From positions 237,186 through 301,185 of the forward strand of contig DASUKB010000001.1 in NCBI GenBank assembly GCA_036278915.1: a stretch of 64,000 nucleotides of DNA. Reading direction: 5' to 3'. Every line of letters starts with the position of its first letter. Position 1 is the stretch's first letter. The stretch is from Patescibacteria group bacterium (lineage in GTDB: Bacteria; Patescibacteriota; Doudnabacteria; UBA920; O2-02-FULL-48-8). Positions 20,337 to 29,771 of this stretch are shown here, piece by piece. The notes beneath the pieces are model-generated. The model had not been told where the DNA came from and searched no databases. It saw only the letters and a list, made by a program, of their open reading frames with translations. Position numbers and translations under genes: made by a program.

Positions 20337-22109
20337 ATGCAAGATAAAATCCGAAATTTTTGTATTATTGCTCACATCGATCACGGGAAATCCACGCTCG
20401 CGGATCGGCTTTTGGAAATGACTTCCACAGTTTCCAAACGGGAAATGAAAGAACAGCTTCTCGATACCATGGAGCTGGAGCGCGAGCGGGGCATTACCAT
20501 CAAACTGCAACCCGTACGCATGGAGTGGAACGGCTATATTTTGAATCTCATAGACACGCCCGGCCATGTGGACTTTACTTATGAAGTTTCTCGTTCGCTT
20601 GCTGCTTGTGAAGGCGCAATTTTAGTCGTTGATTCAACTCAAGGCATAGAAGCGCAGACACTTGCTAACATTCACCTCGCTCAAGCTCATAACCTCAAAA
20701 TCATCCCGGTGGTAAATAAAATTGATTTGCCGAATTCCGACCGCGAAAAAACCGCGGAGGAGATTAAAAAGGCTTTTGGATTTACCGATGACGAAATTTT
20801 GTACGCATCTGGCAAAACCGGCGAAGGCGTAGACGAAATCCTCCAGGCCGTAGCCGACCGCGTACCAGCACCAAGCGGAAATCCGTCTGCTTCCTTGCGC
20901 GCGCTTATTTTTGACTCTGCTTACGATCAGCACCGCGGCGTGCTGACGTTCGTGCGTATCGTAGATGGCAAACTTTCTAAAAACGAAAAAATCCAAATGC
21001 TGGGTACTGCCACCCCGGCCGAAGCACTAGAGATCGGATACTTCCATCCGAAATTGTTCCCGTCAGCGGATCTCAAGACCGGAGAAGTCGGGTATATAGT
21101 CACGGGACTGCGCGATGTGCGCAAAGCGCGCGTGGGAGACACAATTACCGTTGCCGGGGCCAAAGTTTCCGCGCTTCCAGGTTACAAACAAATCAAACCA
21201 ATGGTTTACGCTTCCATCTTCCCGGTCTCGGGAGATGATTACCCGCTGCTTCGCGATGCCATAGAAAAACTTAAACTTTCCGATGCGGCTTTGGAATTTA
21301 TTCCCGAGCACATCCCAGCACTTGGATTTGGCTTCCGTACAGGATTCTTGGGGCTGCTTCATATGGATATTGTGCAGGAAAGGCTTTCGCGCGAGTACAA
21401 TTTGGATCTGGTACTCACTGCGCCGTCTGTGGAATACAAAATCAATCTCAAGGACCGGACAAACAAGATTATCCACACTCCCGCCGAATTACCGGACTTG
21501 TCCTTAGTCGAATCCATAGAAGAGCCTTGGGTCGCGGTAGAAATTTTGGTGCCGCAAAAATTCATAGGCGGCATTTTGGAACTTATAACAAGCCGGCGGG
21601 GCATTTACCAGAATATGGATTATTTGTCGGATGACCGCGTGCTCATATCGGCACAAATGCCTCTTGCCAACATCATTATAGATTTTTATGATAAACTTAA
21701 GAGTGTCTCCTCCGGTTACGCTTCGCTCAATTACGAGTATCTGGAAATGCGCACAGGCGATCTGGTTAAGCTCGACATCCTGGTGGCTTCCGAGGCCGTA
21801 GATGCGCTGTCCATGATTGTCCACAAATCCGTAGCCGAGTCCGAAGGCCGCTCACTTACAGAGAAACTCAAAACGCTTATACCGCGCCAGCAGTTTGAAA
21901 TTGCCATACAGGCTGCAATCGGCGGCAAAATCGTCGCCCGCGAAACGATTTCTGCCGTGCGCAAGGACGTGACCAAAGGTTTGTACGGCGGCGACGTCAC
22001 GCGCAAAATGAAATTGCTGGAGAAACAGAAAAAAGGAAAGAAGCGCCTCAAGCGGATCGGCCAGGTAGACATACCACAGGAAGCATTCCTGGCAATCCTC
22101 AAGAAGTAA
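20337..22109 (+). CDS. lepA: elongation factor 4 (LepA)
   Basis: IRNFCIIAHIDHGKSTLADR, DTPGHVDF, NKID; LepA-specific C-terminal domain. Confidence 0.95.
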   Translation: MQDKIRNFCIIAHIDHGKSTLADRLLEMTSTVSKREMKEQLLDTMELERERGITIKLQPVRMEWNGYILNLIDTPGHVDFTYEVSRSLAACEGAILVVDSTQGIEAQTLANIHLAQAHNLKIIPVVNKIDLPNSDREKTAEEIKKAFGFTDDEILYASGKTGEGVDEILQAVADRVPAPSGNPSASLRALIFDSAYDQHRGVLTFVRIVDGKLSKNEKIQMLGTATPAEALEIGYFHPKLFPSADLKTGEVGYIVTGLRDVRKARVGDTITVAGAKVSALPGYKQIKPMVYASIFPVSGDDYPLLRDAIEKLKLSDAALEFIPEHIPALGFGFRTGFLGLLHMDIVQERLSREYNLDLVLTAPSVEYKINLKDRTNKIIHTPAELPDLSLVESIEEPWVAVEILVPQKFIGGILELITSRRGIYQNMDYLSDDRVLISAQMPLANIIIDFYDKLKSVSSGYASLNYEYLEMRTGDLVKLDILVASEAVDALSMIVHKSVAESEGRSLTEKLKTLIPRQQFEIAIQAAIGGKIVARETISAVRKDVTKGLYGGDVTRKMKLLEKQKKGKKRLKRIGQVDIPQEAFLAILKK

Positions 22110-22270
22110 TTCAATTTCGTAGATATATGCAAAATAGAAAAAGATTAGAAAAAATGTTTGCCATATTTGCCATCATCATGATTTTGGGCATGGTGCTGTT
22201 TACGTTGAGTGCGCTTTTGGCAAGCCAGTAAGTCATAAGGAGAGGGGAGTTCTAAAAGGAAAAGACAAGC

Positions 22271-22627
22271 ATGAATTTTTTGAAATCAAAATTCGGCACT
22301 GTGGCCCTGGCAGGCGCAAGTATTCTGATTTTGTTTGTCACAGTCCGCCTTTTGGCCGAAAAGTACCACGTTGACAAACAGATCCGTCAGCTTACCGCAC
22401 GCGCTGAAGATATTTCTTCACAAAACCAGCAGCTTTCGGACCTGGTGAACTATCTCAACACCGATGAGTACCGCGACAAAGCCGCCCGAGAACAGCTGGG
22501 ACTCAAGAAAGACGGCGAGGTGGTGGTGGCATTGCCGCAGCAGTCAACGGAACAATCGCAGGACCAGCCACCGCAGGCTCCGGCCAGTCATCCGCAAGAG
22601 TGGTTTGATTATTTCTTTAAGCATTAA
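22271..22627 (+). CDS. septum formation initiator (FtsB/DivIC-like)
   Basis: N-terminal TM plus coiled coil with DKAAREQLGLKKDGEVVV signature. Confidence 0.6.
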   Translation: MNFLKSKFGTVALAGASILILFVTVRLLAEKYHVDKQIRQLTARAEDISSQNQQLSDLVNYLNTDEYRDKAAREQLGLKKDGEVVVALPQQSTEQSQDQPPQAPASHPQEWFDYFFKH

Positions 22628-22633
22628 TGGCCG

Positions 22634-23485
22634 ATGAAATTAAATAAAAAACAGATTATCTGGATTTCCACTGGTGTAGTGGTGATTTTAATTTTGGCTT
22701 CAGGGCTTTTAGCGTACGCCTCGAGCCTTTCTGACCCGGTTACAAAAGCTTTGAGGAAGGTCTACCCAGCGGCGATTGTCGGCGGCAGAAAAATAGTGCC
22801 CGTATCCGCATCGGATGAATTCGTGAGCATAGTCGGACGCTTGGATTCGACTGTTTCGAAGCATACTGCTTACCAGACTTATCTGACACAGGTTAAATCC
22901 GAAGTGCTCATGAGAAATTTAGGCCTTAAGCTCGACTCGGACAGCGTGAGTGATGAGCTGAATTTTTACACTAAGGGGGCGAGTAGTTCTTTGGACCAGT
23001 TCATAAGCACGTATTTTAATAATAGCCAGCAAAGCTTTGTGGACACGGTCGTTCAGCCAGAGGCCGTGGAGGCAAAACTGCGTATTTATTATAATTCCAA
23101 CTTTTCTCTAAACCAGGCGGCGTATGACAAAGCGCAAAATATTTTGATGCAACTTAAATCCGGCACAGACTTTGCAACCCTTGCCAAAACGGAAAGTGAT
23201 GACAAACAGACTGCGGCACTTGGCGGCGATATGGGATTTTTTGCGCACGGTGAAATTTTACCGGAGTTGGAAAAACAAATCGTAATTGCCAGAGAAGGCC
23301 AGGTCAGCGATATTTTGGTTACGCGCGACGGCTACGAAATCGTAGAACCCATAGAGACATCCACAGACTCATCCGGCCAAAAAACTTGGCACGCGCGGCA
23401 CATCCTGGTCCAAACCAATGGCTTTGAACAGTGGCTGGCCAACCAGACCAAAAATATAAACGTTGTTACTCTCAAAAAGTATTAA
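22634..23485 (+). CDS. peptidyl-prolyl cis-trans isomerase, parvulin (PpiC/PrsA/SurA-like), membrane-anchored
   Basis: PpiC domain motifs GGDMGFF and WHARHILV. Confidence 0.75.
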   Translation: MKLNKKQIIWISTGVVVILILASGLLAYASSLSDPVTKALRKVYPAAIVGGRKIVPVSASDEFVSIVGRLDSTVSKHTAYQTYLTQVKSEVLMRNLGLKLDSDSVSDELNFYTKGASSSLDQFISTYFNNSQQSFVDTVVQPEAVEAKLRIYYNSNFSLNQAAYDKAQNILMQLKSGTDFATLAKTESDDKQTAALGGDMGFFAHGEILPELEKQIVIAREGQVSDILVTRDGYEIVEPIETSTDSSGQKTWHARHILVQTNGFEQWLANQTKNINVVTLKKY

Positions 23486-23487
23486 AA

Positions 23488-23521
23488 AAATCCCGATCTC
23501 TCTGAAAAGAAAGATCGGGTC
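23488..23521 (-). terminator. intrinsic terminator for the minus-strand small gene; A-run on the plus side
   Basis: cccgatct-N12-agatcggg, followed by a U-run when read on the minus strand. Confidence 0.55.
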
Positions 23522-23777
23522 ATCGGCGCGCCAGAATGTACATGAGGTGGATGTACGCGTGCGAATACATACGCAGGAGTATTCCAGCCATAGTGCACAC
23601 GCAAAGCGCGATGTAGATTTGGAAGCCTGTCTGGTCTATCCATAACATCCAGATAAGGCCGCCAAAAATGAAAAGACCCACGAACCCCAGCAGTACGGTC
23701 CAGCTCTGAAAGCCGATTGCGTACCCGATTACGACAGCAAAAGCCAGCGAACCGAGCAATTTCGCAAGTGATTCCAA
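23520..23777 (-). CDS. small hypothetical membrane protein; candidate TTG start preceded by AGGAGG
   Basis: Hydrophobic 2-TM reading frame ending at the terminator hairpin. The longer ATG-initiated ORFs overlap tRNA-Gly and are rejected. Confidence 0.3.
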   Translation of the reverse strand: MESLAKLLGSLAFAVVIGYAIGFQSWTVLLGFVGLFIFGGLIWMLWIDQTGFQIYIALCVCTMAGILLRMYSHAYIHLMYILARR

Positions 23778-23855
23778 ATCTCCTCCTTTGAAAAAGGCCC
23801 AAAACCTTGTTTTTATTATACCAAAATCTGTATAATACAAAAGCAAATAATCCGT

Positions 23856-23929
23856 GCGGGTATAGTACAATGGTAGTATGAAACCTTCCCAAGGTTTAGA
23901 CGCGGGTCCGATTCCCGCTACCCGCTCCA
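23856..23929 (+). tRNA. tRNA-Gly (anticodon CCC), CCA encoded
   Basis: Manual cloverleaf: acceptor GCGGGTA/TACCCGC, anticodon arm AAACC-TTCCCAA-GGTTT, T-arm GCGGG/CCCGC. The T-loop TCCGATT is slightly atypical. A TATAAT lies 20 nt upstream. Confidence 0.75.
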
Positions 23930-23945
23930 TTAACGTTCAAACTAT

Positions 23946-24206
23946 ATGAGAATAGAGAAAAAGATTTTACCCGAATATTTTGCTCAAATAGAAAATGGAT
24001 CCAAAACTTTTGAGTTGCGCCTGGCTGATTGGGATTGCAAAGCAGGAGATGTTTTGGTTTTGCGAGAATGGGATCCGCAACCAAAGACTTATACTGGACG
24101 AGAAATTTCCAAGGAAGTTGGGTATGTTCTGAAGACCAAAGACGTGCATTTGTTTCCAAGTGATGATGTGGAAAAATTCGGCTATCAAATAATCTCTTTG
24201 AAATGA
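23946..24206 (+). CDS. ASCH-like DUF3850 domain protein
   Basis: ILPEYFAQIENGSKTFELRLADWDCKAGDVLVLREWDP...YTGREI matches the DUF3850 pattern as recalled. Confidence 0.65.
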   Translation: MRIEKKILPEYFAQIENGSKTFELRLADWDCKAGDVLVLREWDPQPKTYTGREISKEVGYVLKTKDVHLFPSDDVEKFGYQIISLK

Positions 24207-24535
24207 CCCAGGAATATAATAAGTTAGTCAGGGACAATATACCTGACGTCATAAAAAAAGATCATAAAACGTCGGGATTTCATGTAGCAGATGAAGTTGA
24301 ATACGAACAGAAGTTGTCGGAGAAATTAAAAGAAGAAGTAGAAGAATTTTTGGCAGAGTTTAGTCCGGAAGAATTGGCCGATGTGTTGGAAGTTATCTAC
24401 ACCATTACGGATTTGAAGAATATAGATTTAGAGAAAGTTGAAGAAATCCGATTGAATAAAAATCAAAAACGCGGATCGTTTAAAAAAAGAATTATTTTGG
24501 ATGTAATAAATGACCAAAGCTCAGATATTGGTTAA
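24203..24535 (+). CDS. MazG-like all-alpha nucleoside triphosphate pyrophosphohydrolase
   Basis: YNKLVRDNIPDVIKK...EExEE helix pairs as in phosphoribosyl-ATP-PPase/MazG-like house-cleaning enzymes. ATGA overlap with the upstream gene. Confidence 0.6.
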   Translation: MTQEYNKLVRDNIPDVIKKDHKTSGFHVADEVEYEQKLSEKLKEEVEEFLAEFSPEELADVLEVIYTITDLKNIDLEKVEEIRLNKNQKRGSFKKRIILDVINDQSSDIG

Positions 24536-25115
24536 AACCCGAGGATTCGTGCGTACAAAATTAGAAAACGAGGCCACTGGGCACGATTGGTATCACATCG
24601 AGCGTGTGGTGCGTGCGGCAAAGCTGATCGGCAAAAAAGAAAAAGCCGATTTGTTTATAGTTGAACTCGGCGCGCTCCTGCATGACATTGCGGATTGGAA
24701 ATTCAATCAAGACCAGCACGCAGGAGAAAAAGTCACCAGAAAGTGGCTGATTTCGCTTGGTTTAGACAAAGACAACATCGAGCGAGTGGCTTATATTGTG
24801 CAAAATATCTCTTTCAAAGTAGGCGCAAACAAGCATAAGATGAAAAGTATAGAAGGAATGGTTGTCCAAGATGCGGACAGGTTGGATGCTTTGGGAGCGA
24901 TTGGCGTTGCGCGGGCGTTCGCTTATGGCGGGTACAAGCACCGGATGATTTACGATCCGGAGGGAAAGTCCGAAACGTCAATCAAGCATTTTTATGATAA
25001 AATTTTGTGGCTGCGCGATTTGATGAATACCAAAACCGGCTACAAACTGGCAGGTGAGCGCGAAAAATTTGTGAAAAATTATTTAAAGCAATTTTATAAG
25101 GAATGGGGCGAGTAG
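24510..25115 (+). CDS. HD-domain phosphohydrolase (YedJ/COG1418-like)
   Basis: HxxxV...LLHDIADWKF...D HD motif; 26-nt overlap with the upstream gene. Confidence 0.8.
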   Translation: MTKAQILVKTRGFVRTKLENEATGHDWYHIERVVRAAKLIGKKEKADLFIVELGALLHDIADWKFNQDQHAGEKVTRKWLISLGLDKDNIERVAYIVQNISFKVGANKHKMKSIEGMVVQDADRLDALGAIGVARAFAYGGYKHRMIYDPEGKSETSIKHFYDKILWLRDLMNTKTGYKLAGEREKFVKNYLKQFYKEWGE

Positions 25116-25181
25116 TCGAAGTTCGGTTGCGCTTCAAAACATCAAATGTTTCTGCGCGCTTGAAAAATCGAACTTCACTAC

Positions 25182-26996
25182 TTGCTAAAAAGGAAAATAA
25201 TGCCGAAAAAAGAACAGCTCCCAGTTTGGGATCTATCTGCCTTCTACAAGAACGTTGATGATCCGAAAATAAAATCGGATGCAAAAAAGAATTTAATCAA
25301 TTCGCAAAAGTTTACAAAAAGATTCAAAAACCGTCTTGCTGGCTTTGATGCGAAACAGTTACTGGCTGCGCTTCAACAACTTGAAAAAATTTATACGCTT
25401 ACTTCAAAGCTTGCAAATTTTGCGGAGCTTACTTTAAGCGTGGACAGCCAGAATCCGAAAAATAACGTCCTTTATCAGCAAATGATGGATCACGCGCTTG
25501 CAATTCAAAGCAACCTCATTTTTTTTGATCTGGAAATCATGGAGTTGCCGGAAAGCCAAATCAAAAAATTAATCAACAGTCCTGCCCTGCTTAATTATAA
25601 ACACCATCTAACTGACCTGCTGCACTACAAGCCGCACCACCTCTCCGAAGCCGAGGAGCAAATTTTTAATGATAAATCTACAACGGGCGCGAGCGCTTTT
25701 AACCGTCTTTTCGATCAGCATTTTGCTTCCAGGAAATTTGAAGTGACTCTGGGCAACGTAACCAAAACTATGACGGAATCAGAAGCTTTGAACCTGACTA
25801 TGGTTCCAAACAGGTCCACCAGAAAGGCAGCAGCGGAAGGCATCACCAAAACTCTGAATGCCGATGCTAAGATGCTGACGCTGATTTACAACACAATCGT
25901 GAAAGACGCCGCTATAAATACCCGCTGGCATAAATACAAAATACCAGAACAGCCGAGGCATATGTCCAACGAAATTGATCAAAAAACTGTGGATACTATG
26001 ACAACAGTCATAGTGGAAGGCTACGGTATTGTGGAAGATTTTTATAATTTTAAACGCCGGGTGATGAAACTCCCAAAGCTCTATATTTATGACCGCTATG
26101 CGCCAATTTCTAGTTCGGAACAAAATTTTTCTTTTGGCCAGGCAAAACAAATAGTTTTCGACTCCTTTGAAAAATTTTCTCCAAAGTTTGCCGCAGCGGC
26201 AAAGGAATTTTTCGATAAGAAATGGATCCATGCGCCAGTGTCTCCAGGCAAACGCGGTGGCGCGTACTGCTCTTATAACACCAACGACACACACCCGGTT
26301 GTTTTTTTAAACTACCTGGGTAAAGCGCGTGATGTACAAACACTGGCCCACGAGCTTGGTCACGGAATAAACGCATATCTGATGCGCAAACAAACTTACC
26401 TGAATTACGGTAATCCTTTGACTATGGCGGAAACAGCTAGTGTTTTTGGCGAAATGTTGGTTTTTGATGATCTTAAAGAAAAAATCAAAAATCCGAAGGA
26501 AAAATTTGCATTGTACGTAGATAAAATTCAGGACATTTTTTCTACTGTCTTTCGGCAAACAGCCATGTATAAATTTGAGCAAGATTTTCATGCCTTGCAA
26601 AAAACAAAAGGCGAGCTGACTACCGATGAGATCAATCTACTTTGGATTACGCGCCAGAAGGAAATGTTTGGGAAATCGCTGGACCTTACCGGTTCCGAAC
26701 AATGGTGGAGCTACATTCCGCATTTTTTGCATACGCCATTCTATGTGTATGCATATTCGTTTGGAGAGCTCATGGTACTTTCTCTTTATGCCCAGTACAA
26801 GAAAAATCCGCAGGGCTTTGTGCCGAAGTATTTGGACTTAATGAGCGCAGGCAGCATCCGGACTCCCCAAGAATTGCTCAAACCTTTTAATATTAATCTT
26901 TCTGATCGCAAATTCTGGCAGGGTGGCATAAACATCATCAAAGAACTGGTTACTGAAGCCAAGCTTATTTACGCGCAAACGAAAAAGCGCAAATAG
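25182..26996 (+). CDS. pepF: oligoendopeptidase F (M3B family)
   Basis: HELGHG zinc motif and about 600 aa M3 architecture. Confidence 0.9.
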   Translation: MLKRKIMPKKEQLPVWDLSAFYKNVDDPKIKSDAKKNLINSQKFTKRFKNRLAGFDAKQLLAALQQLEKIYTLTSKLANFAELTLSVDSQNPKNNVLYQQMMDHALAIQSNLIFFDLEIMELPESQIKKLINSPALLNYKHHLTDLLHYKPHHLSEAEEQIFNDKSTTGASAFNRLFDQHFASRKFEVTLGNVTKTMTESEALNLTMVPNRSTRKAAAEGITKTLNADAKMLTLIYNTIVKDAAINTRWHKYKIPEQPRHMSNEIDQKTVDTMTTVIVEGYGIVEDFYNFKRRVMKLPKLYIYDRYAPISSSEQNFSFGQAKQIVFDSFEKFSPKFAAAAKEFFDKKWIHAPVSPGKRGGAYCSYNTNDTHPVVFLNYLGKARDVQTLAHELGHGINAYLMRKQTYLNYGNPLTMAETASVFGEMLVFDDLKEKIKNPKEKFALYVDKIQDIFSTVFRQTAMYKFEQDFHALQKTKGELTTDEINLLWITRQKEMFGKSLDLTGSEQWWSYIPHFLHTPFYVYAYSFGELMVLSLYAQYKKNPQGFVPKYLDLMSAGSIRTPQELLKPFNINLSDRKFWQGGINIIKELVTEAKLIYAQTKKRK

Positions 26997-27000
26997 CGCT

Positions 27001-27026
27001 AGCCTGCCGCAAGGCAGGCTTTTTTG
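27001..27026 (+). terminator. intrinsic terminator after pepF
   Basis: agcctgccGCAAggcaggct plus T6. Confidence 0.75.
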
Positions 27027-27041
27027 TTATAATACCTCCAC

Positions 27042-27117
27042 GCCGAAGTAGCTCAGCTGGTAGAGCAATGCTTTCGTAAAGCAGAGGTCGCCGGTTCGAT
27101 CCCGGCCTTCGGCTCCA
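27042..27117 (+). tRNA. tRNA-Thr (anticodon CGT)
   Basis: Manual cloverleaf GCCGAAG...CTTCGGC-T-CCA, anticodon loop TTCGTAA. TTATAAT lies 10 nt upstream. Confidence 0.9.
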
Positions 27118-27211
27118 GAAAACCATGATCAATTTTTACTTTGCTTTAGGAATAATTTCGGGTATCATCGCTGCGCTTGCGGTTATTCCTTATATCAAAG
27201 ATATTCTACAT

Positions 27212-27237
27212 GGTTCGACTCCCACCTTCGGCTCCAG
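27212..27237 (+). repeat. degenerate direct repeat of the tRNA-Thr 3' end (T-arm plus acceptor), 95 bp downstream of the intact tRNA
   Basis: ggttcgaCTcccACcttcggctccagaa versus tRNA ggttcgaTCccgGCcttcggctccagaa; 24 of 28 identical. Confidence 0.6.
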
Positions 27238-27323
27238 AATTTAAAGTCAAGGCTGCCATTTTTTGCCGGGCTTGCCAAATCGGCATTTTTTTATTATACT
27301 TTCCGCGTCAATTAAGATTTTAC

Positions 27324-27560
27324 ATGCCTGAACCTGAACAAAAACCGAAACTGCCTCCTGTAAACAAATGGCTCCTTGTCAATTTCGCGTTTGAGTTTGG
27401 GTTTATAATTGCAATTCCGCTGCTGATATTGGCTTTGGGCGGCAAATGGCTGGACGCAAAACAGGGGACATATCCGGCATTTACGCTGGCTGGCGTGGTA
27501 CTGGCCATAGCCGCGAGCACACTTTGGATTTCTAAACGGGTAAAAAGGTACATAAGATGA
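27324..27560 (+). CDS. AtpZ/AtpI-like small membrane protein preceding atpB
   Basis: 2-TM about 78 aa protein directly upstream of, and overlapping, atpB. Start at MPEPEQ; the longer ORF overlaps the tRNA repeat. Confidence 0.5.
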   Translation: MPEPEQKPKLPPVNKWLLVNFAFEFGFIIAIPLLILALGGKWLDAKQGTYPAFTLAGVVLAIAASTLWISKRVKRYIR

Positions 27561-28378
27561 ATATAAATCTGCCGCCGATTACGGCGGAACCGATTTTTCA
27601 TATCGGGACATTTCCCATAACCAATGCCTACATAGACTCATGTCTGGTAGTGGTGTTGTTTTTGGTGCTCGGACTTATAATCCGCAAAAAGAATTCGATT
27701 ATACCAAGAGGCATCCAGAACGTTATGGAAGCAGCACTTGAATTTATGCTTGGCTACATTGACCAGGTCACGCACGATCGCAAAAGATCGCTTCAAATTT
27801 TGCCGATTATCGGCGGAATCTTCAGCTTTATTTTGGTATGCAACTACCTGGAACTTATCCCAGGCTCCGGCTCAATCGGCCGCTGGCTTTTGGTAGACGG
27901 GCAAAAGCAGCTAGTGCCGCTATTCCGCTCGCCGGATTCGGACCTGAACTTGACTTTGGCCATGGCTGTGTTTGCGGTACTGTTTTCGCATATTATGGGT
28001 GTGGTATCGGTTGGAATATTTCGTTATGCCAATAAATTCGTTAAACTCTGGGACATCATCAAATCCTTCAGCCGCGGCGGGTTGAGCATTATGACCGCGG
28101 TCATAGAATTTGGCGTGGGATTGCTTGAGATCTTGTCAGAAGTAGCCAAGCTTGTATCGCTGTCGTTCCGATTGTTTGGCAACGTTTTTGCCGGTGGGAT
28201 TTTGCTTGCGATTATAGCAGGACTATTTGCTTACCTTCTACCGTTGCCCTTTATGATGCTCGAGCTCATCGTCGGGCTCATCCAGGCTTTGGTATTTGCC
28301 ATGCTGGCTCTAACGTACTTTGTCGTCGCGACAGCGCCAATACACGAGGAGCATGTGCCCGCAGAAGCCGAAGCTTAA
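27557..28378 (+). CDS. atpB: F0F1 ATP synthase subunit a
   Basis: LSFRLFGNVFAG motif, 5-6 TM. Confidence 0.9.
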   Translation: MNINLPPITAEPIFHIGTFPITNAYIDSCLVVVLFLVLGLIIRKKNSIIPRGIQNVMEAALEFMLGYIDQVTHDRKRSLQILPIIGGIFSFILVCNYLELIPGSGSIGRWLLVDGQKQLVPLFRSPDSDLNLTLAMAVFAVLFSHIMGVVSVGIFRYANKFVKLWDIIKSFSRGGLSIMTAVIEFGVGLLEILSEVAKLVSLSFRLFGNVFAGGILLAIIAGLFAYLLPLPFMMLELIVGLIQALVFAMLALTYFVVATAPIHEEHVPAEAEA

Positions 28379-28498
28379 ATTTAGAAGCTTGGGTAGAGAA
28401 ACTTACTGTCGAAATAAGTTTCTGTTTCCAAACTTTTAACGGCCCGTCCGGCGCGCCTAATGGCGAGGCCTTGGGCCGACGGGACGACTTTAAATTAA

Positions 28499-28744
<246 letters not shown>

Positions 28745-28810
28745 GGGGAAGGGGGAAGGGAAACCAATTGCAGTTCCCTTCGCTCTCCTCTCTATAATTA
28801 AGGATTAATT

Positions 28811-29308
28811 ATGAATGTTTTAGGTACACTCGGTCTGGATTGGAAACTCTTTATCGCACAGTTGGTCAACTTTGCCATCGTACTGGTGATCTTTTGGAAA
28901 TGGATTGTTAAGCCTCTTGCGAAAAATTTGACTGACCGCCAAAGCAAAATTGAATCTGGCATCAAAAATGCCGAGTATATGGAAAAAGAAAAGGAGAACT
29001 TCGAACAGTGGCGGATGAACGAGATGCGCAAAACGAGAGATGAAGCGGACAAAATTCTCAAAATTGCAATTTTAGACGCGGAAAAAGTTAAAACCGATAC
29101 GGTAATCGAGACTCACGAACAAACAGTGCGGATGCTAGAGCAGGCTAAAATTTCTATGGATGCCCAAAAGCAGCGCGCCATGCGCGAGATCCGCGAAGAC
29201 GTGGCGACTCTTGTGGTGGCGGCTTCGGAAAAGATTTTGCGGCACAAACTGGATGAGAAAAAAGACCACGCGTTAGTAAGCGAAAGCATCCAGGAGGTGG
29301 TCAAATAA
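28811..29308 (+). CDS. atpF: F0F1 ATP synthase subunit b
   Basis: N-terminal TM plus long charged helix; operon position. Confidence 0.85.
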   Translation: MNVLGTLGLDWKLFIAQLVNFAIVLVIFWKWIVKPLAKNLTDRQSKIESGIKNAEYMEKEKENFEQWRMNEMRKTRDEADKILKIAILDAEKVKTDTVIETHEQTVRMLEQAKISMDAQKQRAMREIREDVATLVVAASEKILRHKLDEKKDHALVSESIQEVVK

Positions 29309-29706
29309 TGAAATTTTCAGCCTTAGAATACGCACGGGCTTTGTTGGATTCTGTGACTGACACAGATCCTAAAGAGCTGGACCTGGTGCTCAACAATTTT
29401 GTAGAGGTGCTGGCTGCCAACAACGACGTTTCGCTGTTCCCCGAAATTGAACAGGAATTCCACAAACTGGAACTTGCATCACGCGGACAAAAGCTTGCCG
29501 AAGTTACATCGGCCCATCCGCTAAGCCGCGAAAACGAACGGGATATAATTACGGAATTAAACAAACTGGTAAAAGGCGATGTAACGCTTAAGAAAAAGAT
29601 TGATGAGAAAATTTTGGGAGGCGTGGTCATCCGCCTGGACGACCAGCTGATAGATGCATCGGTTAAGGGCGAACTGGACAATTTAAAAAATGAATTAAGC
29701 AAATAA
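29308..29706 (+). CDS. atpH: F0F1 ATP synthase subunit delta (short form)
   Basis: Operon position between b and alpha; OSCP-like helical N-terminus. Confidence 0.7.
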   Translation: MKFSALEYARALLDSVTDTDPKELDLVLNNFVEVLAANNDVSLFPEIEQEFHKLELASRGQKLAEVTSAHPLSRENERDIITELNKLVKGDVTLKKKIDEKILGGVVIRLDDQLIDASVKGELDNLKNELSK

Positions 29707-29771
29707 ACCCTCTCACCCTCGCCCCTCTCCCCGAGAGCGGGAGAGGAGAGTTCTAGAAAGAAGAAAACCTA

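Noticed and set aside
20115-20567. 150-aa minus-strand ORF spanning the lepA start
   Set aside because: It overlaps the lepA N-terminal GTPase motifs and promoter. No supporting signals.
23482-23930. Two overlapping 136-aa minus-strand ORFs
   Set aside because: Their N-terminal parts run through tRNA-Gly. Only a shorter TTG-initiated membrane ORF (23520..23777) is retained, at low confidence.
27177-27323. N-terminal extension of the atpZ-like ORF (start at 27177)
   Set aside because: The extension is translated from the tRNA-Thr 3'-end repeat region. The internal ATG at 27324 gives a sensible 2-TM AtpZ-like protein.
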